This document shows, one piece after another, positions 11,900-20,984 of a stretch of DNA of 64,000 nt (its first letter is position 1; every line of letters begins with the position of its first letter). Below the pieces are notes generated by a model, which saw only the letters and a program-made list of their open reading frames with translations, made no database searches and was not told the DNA's origin. Source of the DNA: Smithellaceae bacterium (GTDB taxonomy: Bacteria; Desulfobacterota; Syntrophia; Syntrophales; Smithellaceae); assembly GCA_963667845.2 (NCBI GenBank), contig CAXXVL010000002.1:576001-640000 (forward strand). Reading direction: 5' to 3'. The translations under genes were made by a program, and so were the position numbers.

Positions 11900-12990
11900 T
11901 TCCGATGGTTGATTTGAAAAGACAATACAGCCGCTTGAAGAATGAGGTGGATCAGGCCGTGAGTCTTGTCCTGGAACAGACGCAGTTCATTCTCGGACCC
12001 AACGTTGCGGCACTGGAGACGGAAGTCGCCGCTTATCACGGATTGCCTTACGCGGTCGGGTGCGCCAACGGCACGGACGCGCTGCTGCTCGCGCTGCGCG
12101 CCTGCGGCATCGGTGCGGGCGACGAAGTCATCACCACGCCGTTCACATTCATCGCGACGGCGGAAGTCGTGGCTCTCCTGGGCGCGAAACCCGTCTTCGT
12201 CGATATCTGCCCGGATACCTTCAACATCGATCCCGGACAGATCGCCTCCCGGATCAACTCCCGGACAAAAGCAATCATTCCGGTTCATCTATTCGGCCAC
12301 CCCGCCGATATGGCTCCGATTATGGACATCGCCAAGAAACACCGCCTGAAAGTGATTGAAGATTGCGCTCAGGCATTCGGCGCTCAGTATCAGGGACAGA
12401 CGGTCGGCACCTTCGGAGATGCCGGCTGCTTCAGTTTCTTCCCCAGTAAAAATCTGGGCTGCTACGGAGACGGCGGCATGGTCGTTACGTCAAGCGAAGA
12501 GATTGCGGCGAAAATAAAAATGCTCCGCAATCACGGCAGCGCCGTCCGGTATTATCATTCCGAAGTCGGCTACAACAGCCGGCTCGATGAAATCCAGGCC
12601 GCCATCCTCCGTGTAAAGCTGTCCCGGATCGATGAGTTCAATTCGGCGCGCCACGCGAACGCTGCCGCTTACTGCCAGGCTTTGGCCGGTAAAGATATTG
12701 TGTTGCCCTCCGAACGTCGGGGCTGCAAGCATGTGTATCACCAGTTTACCCTGCGTGTGAAGAACCGCGAGGCCATAGCCGAGGCACTTTCGGCCGCGGG
12801 GGTTGCCTCGGCCGTTTACTATCCGGTCCCGCTACATCAGCAGGACGTCTTTCTTAAGATGTACGGCCCGCAGGAAAGTCTGAAGGTCACTGAAACCTGC
12901 GCAAAAGAGGTTCTTTCTCTGCCGATGTTCCCGGAATTAACTCCGGATGAAATCAGGCTGATAACCGATGCGGTCAGTCATGTCCGTTGA
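11896..12990 (+). CDS. gnnB: DegT/DnrJ aminotransferase, GnnB-like
   Basis: ANGTDAL, IEDCAQA, SFFPSKNLGCYGDGG, NSRLDEIQAA; follows gnnA. Confidence 0.8.
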   Translation: MIPMVDLKRQYSRLKNEVDQAVSLVLEQTQFILGPNVAALETEVAAYHGLPYAVGCANGTDALLLALRACGIGAGDEVITTPFTFIATAEVVALLGAKPVFVDICPDTFNIDPGQIASRINSRTKAIIPVHLFGHPADMAPIMDIAKKHRLKVIEDCAQAFGAQYQGQTVGTFGDAGCFSFFPSKNLGCYGDGGMVVTSSEEIAAKIKMLRNHGSAVRYYHSEVGYNSRLDEIQAAILRVKLSRIDEFNSARHANAAAYCQALAGKDIVLPSERRGCKHVYHQFTLRVKNREAIAEALSAAGVASAVYYPVPLHQQDVFLKMYGPQESLKVTETCAKEVLSLPMFPELTPDEIRLITDAVSHVR

Positions 12991-14161
12991 AAAAAGCAAA
13001 ATAATCCAGGGCACGGATACAATTCCGCATGGCCCGAAAGTAATGATCGTCGCCGGGGAAGCATCCGGTGATCTGCACGGCTCCTTCCTTGTTCGCGAAA
13101 TGCTGGCCATCAATCCGGCTCTGCACTTCTACGGCATCGGCGGCAACAAAATGAAAGAAGCGGGCGTGAGGCAATTGGCTTCCGCCGCGGATATCGGCGT
13201 GGTCGGTCTCTCGGAAGTTTTTTCGAAGGCCGGAACCTTTATTAAAATCATGGCCAGGATAAGAAGATCCCTGGACCAGCTGAAGCCGAATCTGGTTATC
13301 CTGATCGATTTTCCCGACTTCAATTTGAATATCGTGGCCCGCGCTGCCAAAAAGAGAAATATTAAAATATTTTACTACATCAGCCCGCAAGTTTGGGCCT
13401 GGCGCGAAGGGAGGGTCGAGCAAATCAAAAGACTGGTCGACAAGATGGCCGTTATTCTGCCGTTTGAAGTCGATTTTTACGCTGCACACGGATTTGCCGT
13501 CCATTACGTCGGCCATCCCCTGAGCGATACGGTGAAATCATTGTTTACCAAACGTGAGGCCAGACTCCATTTCGGCCTTGACGAAAAACGAACAACCATT
13601 GGCCTGCTGCCGGGCAGCCGGACCGCGGAAATCAACAGACTACTGCCGGCAATGATGCAGGCGGCACAAATCATTTCCAAAAAGATTCCGGATGCTCAAT
13701 ACATCCTGCCGCTGGCGCACACGCTGGATGAAAATATCGTTGCCTCGATCATTGCCCGATCCGGAATAGAAGTCAAAATTGTTTCGGGGCAGACGTATGA
13801 CGTTCTGGCCTGCTGCGATCTGGCAATTGTGACGTCCGGAACGGCGACACTGGAAACAGGTCTAATGGGTGTGCCCATGATTATCATCTATAAGCTGTCA
13901 CTTTTATCGGAGGTGATGTGCAGATTGATCATCAAGCCGCAGCTGATCGGCCTGGTCAACATCATTGCCGGCAAAATCGTTGCCCCGGAATTGCTTCAGC
14001 GCGACGCCAACGGGCCGCGCATCGCCGCCGAGGCGCTGGCTATCTTACTGAACGAAGGGAAAAAGCAGGAAGTAATCGCCGAGCTTCAGGATATTCGCTC
14101 CAAACTCGGCGAACCCGGCGCAGCAAGAAGAGCTGCGCAAATTGCCTGCGAAATGATATAG
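12980..14161 (+). CDS. lpxB: Lipid-A-disaccharide synthase
   Basis: AGEASGDLHG, IDFPDFN, YYISPQVWAWR, LPGSR, SGTATLE. Confidence 0.96.
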   Translation: MSVEKSKIIQGTDTIPHGPKVMIVAGEASGDLHGSFLVREMLAINPALHFYGIGGNKMKEAGVRQLASAADIGVVGLSEVFSKAGTFIKIMARIRRSLDQLKPNLVILIDFPDFNLNIVARAAKKRNIKIFYYISPQVWAWREGRVEQIKRLVDKMAVILPFEVDFYAAHGFAVHYVGHPLSDTVKSLFTKREARLHFGLDEKRTTIGLLPGSRTAEINRLLPAMMQAAQIISKKIPDAQYILPLAHTLDENIVASIIARSGIEVKIVSGQTYDVLACCDLAIVTSGTATLETGLMGVPMIIIYKLSLLSEVMCRLIIKPQLIGLVNIIAGKIVAPELLQRDANGPRIAAEALAILLNEGKKQEVIAELQDIRSKLGEPGAARRAAQIACEMI

Positions 14162-14169
14162 GATCGAAT

Positions 14170-15927
14170 ATGGAAGTATTTAAGCGCCTTTTGAAAATGG
14201 CCAAGCCGTATATCCCGCGATTCATTTTGGCCTCATTGTGCATGCTCATTGTGGGCGCGATGCAGGCCGCTCTGCCTCTGATCTCCCGGCCGGCCATCGA
14301 CAAAATTTTCGTCAGTAAGGATCTGGCCTCTCTGAAATGGATTCCCCTCGCGATTGTGGGCATTTTCCTTCTCAAGGGCCTGGCCACCTACGGACAGGTT
14401 GTTTTGATGAACTCCGTCGGTTTGCGCGTCGTCACGGATCTGCGCAACCGTCTTTATGACTGCATCCAGCGGCAGTCACTGGCTTTTTTTGCGGAGCATC
14501 CGACCGGGGTCCTGATGTCCCGCATCACCAACGACGTCCTGGCGGTTCAGGCCGCCACGTCGGAGGCCGTCACGGCACTGGTGAAAGACAGCTTTACGCT
14601 GATCTGCCTGATCGGCGTCATTTTCTATACCGATTGGAAACTCGCTCTCATCGGCATGATCGTCTTTCCTTTGACCATTTATCCGATTTCCCGCCTCGGC
14701 AAGAAAATGCGCAAAGTGACGACCTCGTCGCAAGTCACGATGGGAACGCTCAATTCCCTCTTGCAGGAAACCATCGCCGGCACCCGGATCGTCAAGGCGT
14801 TTGGCATGGAAAAATATGAAGGCGGTCGATTCAACGCAGAAAGCGAACGACTATTCAAGTTCAGCATGAAACAGGTCACCATCAACGCCATATCCAGTCC
14901 CCTGATGGAATTCCTGGGCGGGCTGGGCATTGCCGCCGTCATCTTCTACGGCGGTTACAACGTTTTGAAGGGCTACTCCACTCCGGGGACTTTCTTTTCC
15001 TTCATTGCCGCCCTGCTCATGCTTTACGAGCCGATCAAGCGTCTTACCAACGTCAATAACACCATCAATCAGGGCATCGCCGGCGGAGAACGAATCTTCA
15101 CAATCATCGACCGCGTCCCGGACATTGAGGATAAACCGGGCGCGGAAAAACTGCCGCCGATTAACGAAGGCATCGATATTCAAAATGTGACGTTTTGCTA
15201 CGAAGAAAAGCCCGTCCTGAAAAACATCAATCTCTCGATCAAAGCGGGTGAAGTCGTCGCCTTTGTCGGAATGAGCGGGGGAGGCAAAACATCTCTGGTC
15301 AATCTGATCCCCCGTTTTTACGATGTTTCCGACGGCCGCATTTTGATTGACGGTCATGACATCCGCAACGTCACACTGCAGTCCCTGCGCAGCCGGATTG
15401 CCATCGTGACACAGCAGACCATCCTTTTCAATGATACCGTCAAGAACAACATTGCTTATGGTGATATCCAGAGAACGGATGAAGATATTTTCAATGCCGC
15501 AAAGGCGGCTAACGCGCATGATTTTATCGTGAACCTCCCTAAAGGGTATGACAGCAACATCGGCGAACTAGGCACCAAGCTCTCCGGCGGCGAAAAGCAG
15601 CGCATTTCCATTGCGCGGGCATTGCTCAAAGACGCGCCGATTCTGATCCTGGATGAGGCAACCTCTTCGCTGGACACGGAGGCGGAAATCGAAGTGCAGG
15701 GTGCGCTGGACAATCTGATGAAAGGGCGCACCACACTGGTCATCGCGCATCGCCTGTCCACCATCCGCAACGCTGACCGGATCATCGCGCTGGTCAACGG
15801 GGAGATCGTCGAAGAAGGCAACCACGAAGCCCTGATGGCCAAAAAGGGCGAATACTACCGGTTATATAATCTGCAATTCAAAGATGAAGGAAATGGCAAT
15901 GATCGATTGGCAAAGGATCTGGAATGA
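14170..15927 (+). CDS. msbA: Lipid A export ABC transporter
   Basis: TM domain plus ABC domain (GMSGGGKT, LSGGEKQR, LDEATSSLD) in the lpx operon; start at ATG 14170. Confidence 0.9.
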   Translation: MEVFKRLLKMAKPYIPRFILASLCMLIVGAMQAALPLISRPAIDKIFVSKDLASLKWIPLAIVGIFLLKGLATYGQVVLMNSVGLRVVTDLRNRLYDCIQRQSLAFFAEHPTGVLMSRITNDVLAVQAATSEAVTALVKDSFTLICLIGVIFYTDWKLALIGMIVFPLTIYPISRLGKKMRKVTTSSQVTMGTLNSLLQETIAGTRIVKAFGMEKYEGGRFNAESERLFKFSMKQVTINAISSPLMEFLGGLGIAAVIFYGGYNVLKGYSTPGTFFSFIAALLMLYEPIKRLTNVNNTINQGIAGGERIFTIIDRVPDIEDKPGAEKLPPINEGIDIQNVTFCYEEKPVLKNINLSIKAGEVVAFVGMSGGGKTSLVNLIPRFYDVSDGRILIDGHDIRNVTLQSLRSRIAIVTQQTILFNDTVKNNIAYGDIQRTDEDIFNAAKAANAHDFIVNLPKGYDSNIGELGTKLSGGEKQRISIARALLKDAPILILDEATSSLDTEAEIEVQGALDNLMKGRTTLVIAHRLSTIRNADRIIALVNGEIVEEGNHEALMAKKGEYYRLYNLQFKDEGNGNDRLAKDLE

Positions 15928-16999
15928 TGATGATTCGATGCGCCGCTTCAGTCCGACACGAGCAATCCTTTATCTTTTCTCGCTCGTCTACCGGCTGATC
16001 GTTCATCTGCGCAACCGGCTCTATGATCGGCAGATTCTCACGTCCTATAAACTGTCTTGCCCGGTCATCAGTGTCGGCAATCTCACGGTCGGCGGCACGG
16101 GAAAGACACCGTGCGTCATCCTGCTTGGTCAGTTGCTGCAGCGGCTTGGCTTTCAGCCGGTTGTCATCAGCCGAGGCTATGGCAGTAAAAGCCCCGGCCC
16201 GGTCAATATTGTTTCCGATGGAAAGAGCATTCTGCTCGACGCTCGGGAAGCCGGAGATGAACCTTTGCTTATCGCCCGCGCGCTGCCGCGCATTCCGGTT
16301 ATTACAGGAGCCAGGCGTGCCCTCACCGGGCAGGCGGCCATTGATCAGTTCGGCGCCCAGGTGTTGATTTGTGATGACGCTTTTCAGCACCGGCAGATTG
16401 TCCGTGACATCGATATCGTTTTGCTTGACGCCGCAAAGCCCCTGGGCAACGGATATCTCCTGCCGCGCGGCTGCCTTCGCGAATCGCTCGACGGTCTTCA
16501 TCGCGCCGATTGCCTGATCCTGACCCGCTCCGAGACTTCACACCCTCTGCATCCGGACATCGCGAAAATTGTCGATGCGGCAGGCATTCCCGTTTTCCGC
16601 GCCTCCCATCGGTTCAGGGACCTGGTCCGGCTGTCTGATAACGAGACATGGCCGCAAGACGATCTTGCCGGCAAAAAAGTTTGCGCTTTCTCGGGGATTG
16701 CCCGACCGGAGTCGTTTAAAAAGGTGTTGCAAGACGCCGGTGCGAACGTTCTTTCATTTATTGAATTTCCGGATCATTATGTCTATAACCGCAATGATCT
16801 GGATGCTATGGAAAAACATTTTGCACCTTTGGGCGCCGACTATTGGATCACCACGGAAAAAGACGCCATGCGCCTCACGCCTTATCCGGATTTTACAAAC
16901 AGGATCTTGATCTTGCGCGTGGAGATGGATATACAGCCATCGACACCGTCTTTTGAAGACTTTATCATGGAGCGGCTTAGGCGCTCGCAGAGCGCTTAG
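15884..16999 (+). CDS. lpxK: Tetraacyldisaccharide 4'-kinase
   Basis: VISVGNLTVGGTGKTP, SRGYG, GDEP, DDAFQH, TTEKDA. Confidence 0.95.
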   Translation: MKEMAMIDWQRIWNDDDSMRRFSPTRAILYLFSLVYRLIVHLRNRLYDRQILTSYKLSCPVISVGNLTVGGTGKTPCVILLGQLLQRLGFQPVVISRGYGSKSPGPVNIVSDGKSILLDAREAGDEPLLIARALPRIPVITGARRALTGQAAIDQFGAQVLICDDAFQHRQIVRDIDIVLLDAAKPLGNGYLLPRGCLRESLDGLHRADCLILTRSETSHPLHPDIAKIVDAAGIPVFRASHRFRDLVRLSDNETWPQDDLAGKKVCAFSGIARPESFKKVLQDAGANVLSFIEFPDHYVYNRNDLDAMEKHFAPLGADYWITTEKDAMRLTPYPDFTNRILILRVEMDIQPSTPSFEDFIMERLRRSQSA

Positions 17000-17098
17000 C
17001 TCATAGCTCATGGTTCGTAGCTCGTAGCTCGTAGCTGATAGGACAGTAGATGTAAGAGTTACTTAAAACTTAAAACTTAAATCTTAAAACTTAAAACT
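16997..17098 (+). repeat. Two heptamer tandem arrays between lpxK and lpxL
   Basis: TAGCTCA/TAGCTCG x6 (16997-17038; the first unit contains the lpxK stop) and ACTTAAA/TCTTAAA x5 (17061-17098). Confidence 0.95.
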
Positions 17099-17107
17099 AT
17101 TTTTTTT

Positions 17108-17992
17108 ATGACCCTAACTATCAAAATCATCAAGGCGATCGAACGCATTGTTCCCTTGCGCATCAAGCGGGGCCTGGCCGTGGGTATGTCCCGTCTGGCC
17201 TATCATCTCCTGCACAAGCACAAGTTGATCGCCCTGCACAATCTCACGCGGTCGTTTCCGGAAAAGTCTCTTGACGAGAATTTGCGGATTATCAAGAATT
17301 CCTATGCGAGCTTTGCAATGGTTTTCGCGGAGTTCCTACGGATTTCTTATCTGGACAAAAACAACCTGCAGCGCTGGGTTTCCGTGAAGGGACTGGAGCA
17401 CTATGAAAAAGCCTGCCGCGAGGGCCGGGGTGTGCTGCTTTTTACTGCTCACTTCGGCAACTGGGAAATAGGCACCGCCGCCCTGGCGATTTTGTCGACG
17501 CCTCCGTTCTTTATGGCACGCAATCTGGACAGCCCGTTTTTGGAAAAAATCAGCACCTCGGCAAGAGCGGCCCTGGGCGTCCGCACGCTGCATAAGGAAA
17601 ACGCCATGCGCATGCTCCTCCCGCTGTTGAGGAAAGGAAAAGCTGTCATATTGCTGATCGATCAAAACGTTGCTGCCAAAGAAGGGGTGTTTGTCGATTT
17701 TTTTGGACGCCCCGCCTGCGCCACCACAGGGGTCGCCCTCATGGCGATGCATACGGGAGCGGCCGTCCTGCCTATTTTCACGGCACGCCTGCCCGATGGC
17801 CGCTACCTGACCGAAATCGGTCCGCAAGTTGAGACCGTCCAAACGGGCGACCGGGATCATGACATGCTGGTCAACACCCAAATTTACAACAAAGTCATCG
17901 AAGAGCATGTCCGTAAATATCCCGACCAATGGCTCTGGCTGCATCAGCGCTGGAAGACGAAGCGCTGCCAGGCCCGGAGGCGCAACCCTTGA
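17108..17992 (+). CDS. Lipid A late acyltransferase (LpxL/HtrB family)
   Basis: AHFGNWE, LIDQN, VFVDFFG, PDQWLWLHQRWK. Confidence 0.9.
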   Translation: MTLTIKIIKAIERIVPLRIKRGLAVGMSRLAYHLLHKHKLIALHNLTRSFPEKSLDENLRIIKNSYASFAMVFAEFLRISYLDKNNLQRWVSVKGLEHYEKACREGRGVLLFTAHFGNWEIGTAALAILSTPPFFMARNLDSPFLEKISTSARAALGVRTLHKENAMRMLLPLLRKGKAVILLIDQNVAAKEGVFVDFFGRPACATTGVALMAMHTGAAVLPIFTARLPDGRYLTEIGPQVETVQTGDRDHDMLVNTQIYNKVIEEHVRKYPDQWLWLHQRWKTKRCQARRRNP

Positions 17993-19038
17993 TGAACGAT
18001 ACCAATAAACTGCCTGAGGCAGGCCTCCATAAAATATTGATCCGCGGCACCAACTGGATCGGCGATGCCGTTATGACCCTGCCGGCGGTGAACTCCATAC
18101 GAGCGGCCTTTCCCGGAGCGCATCTGGCCATTCTCGCCAAGCCCCCGGTTGCCGATATTTATCGAATGTTTTCGCCTGCGGATGAAATCATTGAGTATGA
18201 CAGTAAGTTTGATAACCCGCTGGGAGTATTGCGCCTGGCGCATAGACTCCGGCTGAAAAAATTTGACGCGGCAATTCTTCTTCAGAACGCTATTGAAGCG
18301 GCGATCATCGCCCGGGCCGCGGGAATCCCGATACGGGCGGGTTACAATTCCGACGGACGCGGGTTTCTGTTGACTCACGCGATAAGGCGAACCGAAAACA
18401 TCTTTAAAGTGCATCAGATTAATTATTATCTCGAAATGGTAAAAGCCCTGGGTTGCGCCGACGTGGACAGCGCCGTGCATCTGGCAGCGTATGTCTCTCC
18501 GGCAGCGGCCAGAGAAGTTCTGCAACAATACTTGCCCGGTAATACCCGGAGTATCATCGGCATTGCGCCCGGCGCCACCTACGGCCCGGCCAAAAAGTGG
18601 CTTGCCGACAGGTTTGCCGCTGCGGCGGATCGTCTGAGTGTGGATTTAAATGCGCAGGTCGTCCTCTTTGGGGGAAAAATGGACCGCGAAACCGCCTCGG
18701 ATGTCTGCAGGCAGGCCAACACGAACATCATCAATCTCGCCGGTAAATGCACTCTCGTCGAGTCGATTTATCTTATCTCGCAATGCCGGCTGTTTATCAG
18801 CAACGATTCGGGGCTGATGCATGTGGCAGGCGCGCTGAATATTCCCACGGTTGCGATCTTCGGATCAACCAATCCCGCGACCACATCGCCTGCCGGAGAA
18901 AAGACCGTCCTCGTGCGCAAAGAAGTGGAGTGCAGTCCCTGTCTCAAAAAAACGTGTCCGACGGATTTTCGCTGCATGACGATGATAACGGTCGATGATG
19001 TCGTGGCGGCGGCAAGCACCTTATTGAAGAGAAATTGA
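17992..19038 (+). CDS. waaF: LPS heptosyltransferase II
   Basis: NWIGDAVM, APGATYGPAKKW, SNDSGLMH, FGST. Confidence 0.9.
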   Translation: MNDTNKLPEAGLHKILIRGTNWIGDAVMTLPAVNSIRAAFPGAHLAILAKPPVADIYRMFSPADEIIEYDSKFDNPLGVLRLAHRLRLKKFDAAILLQNAIEAAIIARAAGIPIRAGYNSDGRGFLLTHAIRRTENIFKVHQINYYLEMVKALGCADVDSAVHLAAYVSPAAAREVLQQYLPGNTRSIIGIAPGATYGPAKKWLADRFAAAADRLSVDLNAQVVLFGGKMDRETASDVCRQANTNIINLAGKCTLVESIYLISQCRLFISNDSGLMHVAGALNIPTVAIFGSTNPATTSPAGEKTVLVRKEVECSPCLKKTCPTDFRCMTMITVDDVVAAASTLLKRN

Positions 19039-19043
19039 AGCCA

Positions 19044-19634
19044 ATGAAGAAGAACGCTGCCATCTTTCTGGATCGAGACGGAACCATCAATGAAGAAGTC
19101 GGGTATCTCGACCGGGCAGGGAAGCTTAGGATGATTCCGGCTGCTTTTGAAGCCATCCGGCTGATCAACGAAAGCGGCATGAAAGCCGTCGTCGTGAGCA
19201 ATCAAGCCGGTGTCGCCAAAGGGCTGTTTACGGAAAGCTTCGTGCACGAGATCAATAGTCTGATTCAAGATACCCTGCTCACAAAGGGCGCACGAATCGA
19301 TGCGTTCTATTTTTGTCCGCATCACCCGACGGAAGGGAGCGCCCCCTACCGCACAATCTGCAATTGCCGGAAGCCGGCGGCGGGACTGCTGCATCAGGCT
19401 GCGGTTGATTGGGACATTGATCTTACGAGATCCTACCTCATCGGAGACCGCTTGCGCGATATCGAGACGGCCCATCGGGCCGGAGCCAAAGGCATCCTGG
19501 TCGCAACGGGATACGGGCAGGACGCTATGCAGGAAAGCGGACAGGATAAGCCCAATGAAATGAACAAACCCGACTTCAACGCCAAAGATATTCTGGAGGC
19601 GGTGCACTGGATATTGAAGGATCGAAGAACGTGA
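19044..19634 (+). CDS. gmhB: D-glycero-D-manno-heptose bisphosphate phosphatase
   Basis: FLDRDGTIN, SNQAG, CPHHP, CNCRKP, IGDRLRD. Confidence 0.92.
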   Translation: MKKNAAIFLDRDGTINEEVGYLDRAGKLRMIPAAFEAIRLINESGMKAVVVSNQAGVAKGLFTESFVHEINSLIQDTLLTKGARIDAFYFCPHHPTEGSAPYRTICNCRKPAAGLLHQAAVDWDIDLTRSYLIGDRLRDIETAHRAGAKGILVATGYGQDAMQESGQDKPNEMNKPDFNAKDILEAVHWILKDRRT

Positions 19635-20659
19635 ATATTTTAATCGTCAAACTGAGCGCTATAGGTGACGTGATTCACACCCTTCCTTCACTCAATGCTC
19701 TGCGCCGCCTGTACCCCGATGCTCACATCACCTGGGTTGTTGAAGAAGAAGCGGCGGACCTTGTCGTCAATCATCCGCAGCTTGATCGCGTCATCATTTT
19801 CAGACGAAAAAGCTGGATCAATAAAATTAAAGCCGGTCAATTCCGGCAGGCCTTGCGCGATGCGCGACTATTCCTGGCCCGACTGCACAGCCGCCGGTAT
19901 GATCTCGTTGTCGACTTCCACGGTCTTTTCAAAAGCTCGATCATTGTCTGCTTAAGCAGGGGTAAAAGAAAGCTGGGATATGATTCGTGGCAGGAATTGA
20001 CCCGTTTGTTTCTCAATGACAGAATTCCGGAAGATATGAATAAACATGCGGTCGACCGTTATCTGGATTTTCCGCGGCATCTGGGCGGCGAGATCGGGAA
20101 ACCGGAATTCATTTTGCCGATCGCGCCTGCAGCAATAGCCAAAAGCCGCGCGATTCTGGATTTGTACCATCTGGAAGCAAAGAGGTACATTGCGGTTAAT
20201 CCCGTTGCCCTTTGGGACACCAAGTTGTGGGATGATCAGAAGTTTGCAGAGCTTGCGGATGCCATTGCGCAGCGGATGAACATCCCCGTTGTCTTTACCG
20301 GCCGGGATAAAGAATCCCTTGACAAAATCACTTCGAAAATGGCTACAAAGGGAATCAATATCGGCGGACAAACGACCTTGCCGGAGCTGGCCTGCATCTA
20401 TCAAGATGCACTGGCCGTCATTACCACAGATTCCGGACCAATGCATCTGGCCGCAGCCGTCGGAACGCCGGTGATCGCTCTTTTTGGACCGACTGATCCG
20501 GCAAGGACCGGCCCTTACGGAGCAAACCATATTATTGTCAGCGCGGGCCTCTCGTGCAGTCCATGTTTTTTGAAAAAATGTCCGACCCGGAAATGCATGG
20601 AAGACATTATGCCCGAACAAGTATTGGAAGCGGTGGAGAAGCTGGTGGATAGTGAATAG
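19631..20659 (+). CDS. waaC: LPS heptosyltransferase I family (GT9)
   Basis: IVKLSAIGDVIHTLP, DFHGLFKS, TDSGPMH, FGPT. Confidence 0.82.
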   Translation: MNILIVKLSAIGDVIHTLPSLNALRRLYPDAHITWVVEEEAADLVVNHPQLDRVIIFRRKSWINKIKAGQFRQALRDARLFLARLHSRRYDLVVDFHGLFKSSIIVCLSRGKRKLGYDSWQELTRLFLNDRIPEDMNKHAVDRYLDFPRHLGGEIGKPEFILPIAPAAIAKSRAILDLYHLEAKRYIAVNPVALWDTKLWDDQKFAELADAIAQRMNIPVVFTGRDKESLDKITSKMATKGINIGGQTTLPELACIYQDALAVITTDSGPMHLAAAVGTPVIALFGPTDPARTGPYGANHIIVSAGLSCSPCFLKKCPTRKCMEDIMPEQVLEAVEKLVDSE

Positions 20660-20730
20660 TGAAGAGAGAAAAGGGAAAAAGATTAAGGTCAAAAGAACGA
20701 GTTTAAAGATTTAAGTTTTAAGTGTTAAGC
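20645..20730 (+). repeat. Heptamer arrays at the waaC 3' end
   Basis: GTGGATA GTGAATA GTGAAGA (20645-20665, contains the stop) and GTTTAAA GATTTAA GTTTTAA GTGTTAA (20701-20728). Confidence 0.85.
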
Positions 20731-20740
20731 AAGAGATAAG

Positions 20741-20911
20741 GTCATTGCGAGCGGACCCTTGGTCCGCGTGGCAATCTCATGGATTCATGTGATACCCCGA
20801 AGGGCAGAATCCTCTTTTGTCATTGCGAGCCGCCTCTCAGGCGGTGTGGCAATCTCAAGGATTCATTACCCACATGATTGCCACGGCTCCTCAGCGTCGC
20901 CTCGCAATGAC
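20741..20911. repeat. Cluster of three GTCA-tagged palindromic (REP-like) units
   Basis: GTCATTGCGAG-hairpin-GTGGCAATC at 20741-20778 and 20819-20856; inverted copy at 20876-20911. Confidence 0.85.
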
Positions 20912-20984
20912 GGAAAGATGATACAGTCGTGGGGGGAACCTTGATTTTCATGCATCCTGTATGTATCTTAGGGTGGAGGCCGTA

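Noticed and set aside
13918..14169. N-terminal extension of msbA in the ORF track
   Set aside because: It overlaps lpxB; the plausible start is ATG 14170. Similar over-extensions were trimmed for lolD, waaF, the SDR, the beta-propeller gene and the antitoxin.
2416..20692. Long antisense ORFs in the ORF track (e.g. 2416-3123, 14851-15519, 18768-19607, 19952-20692)
   Set aside because: They are shadows of well-supported + strand genes, with no recognisable motifs.
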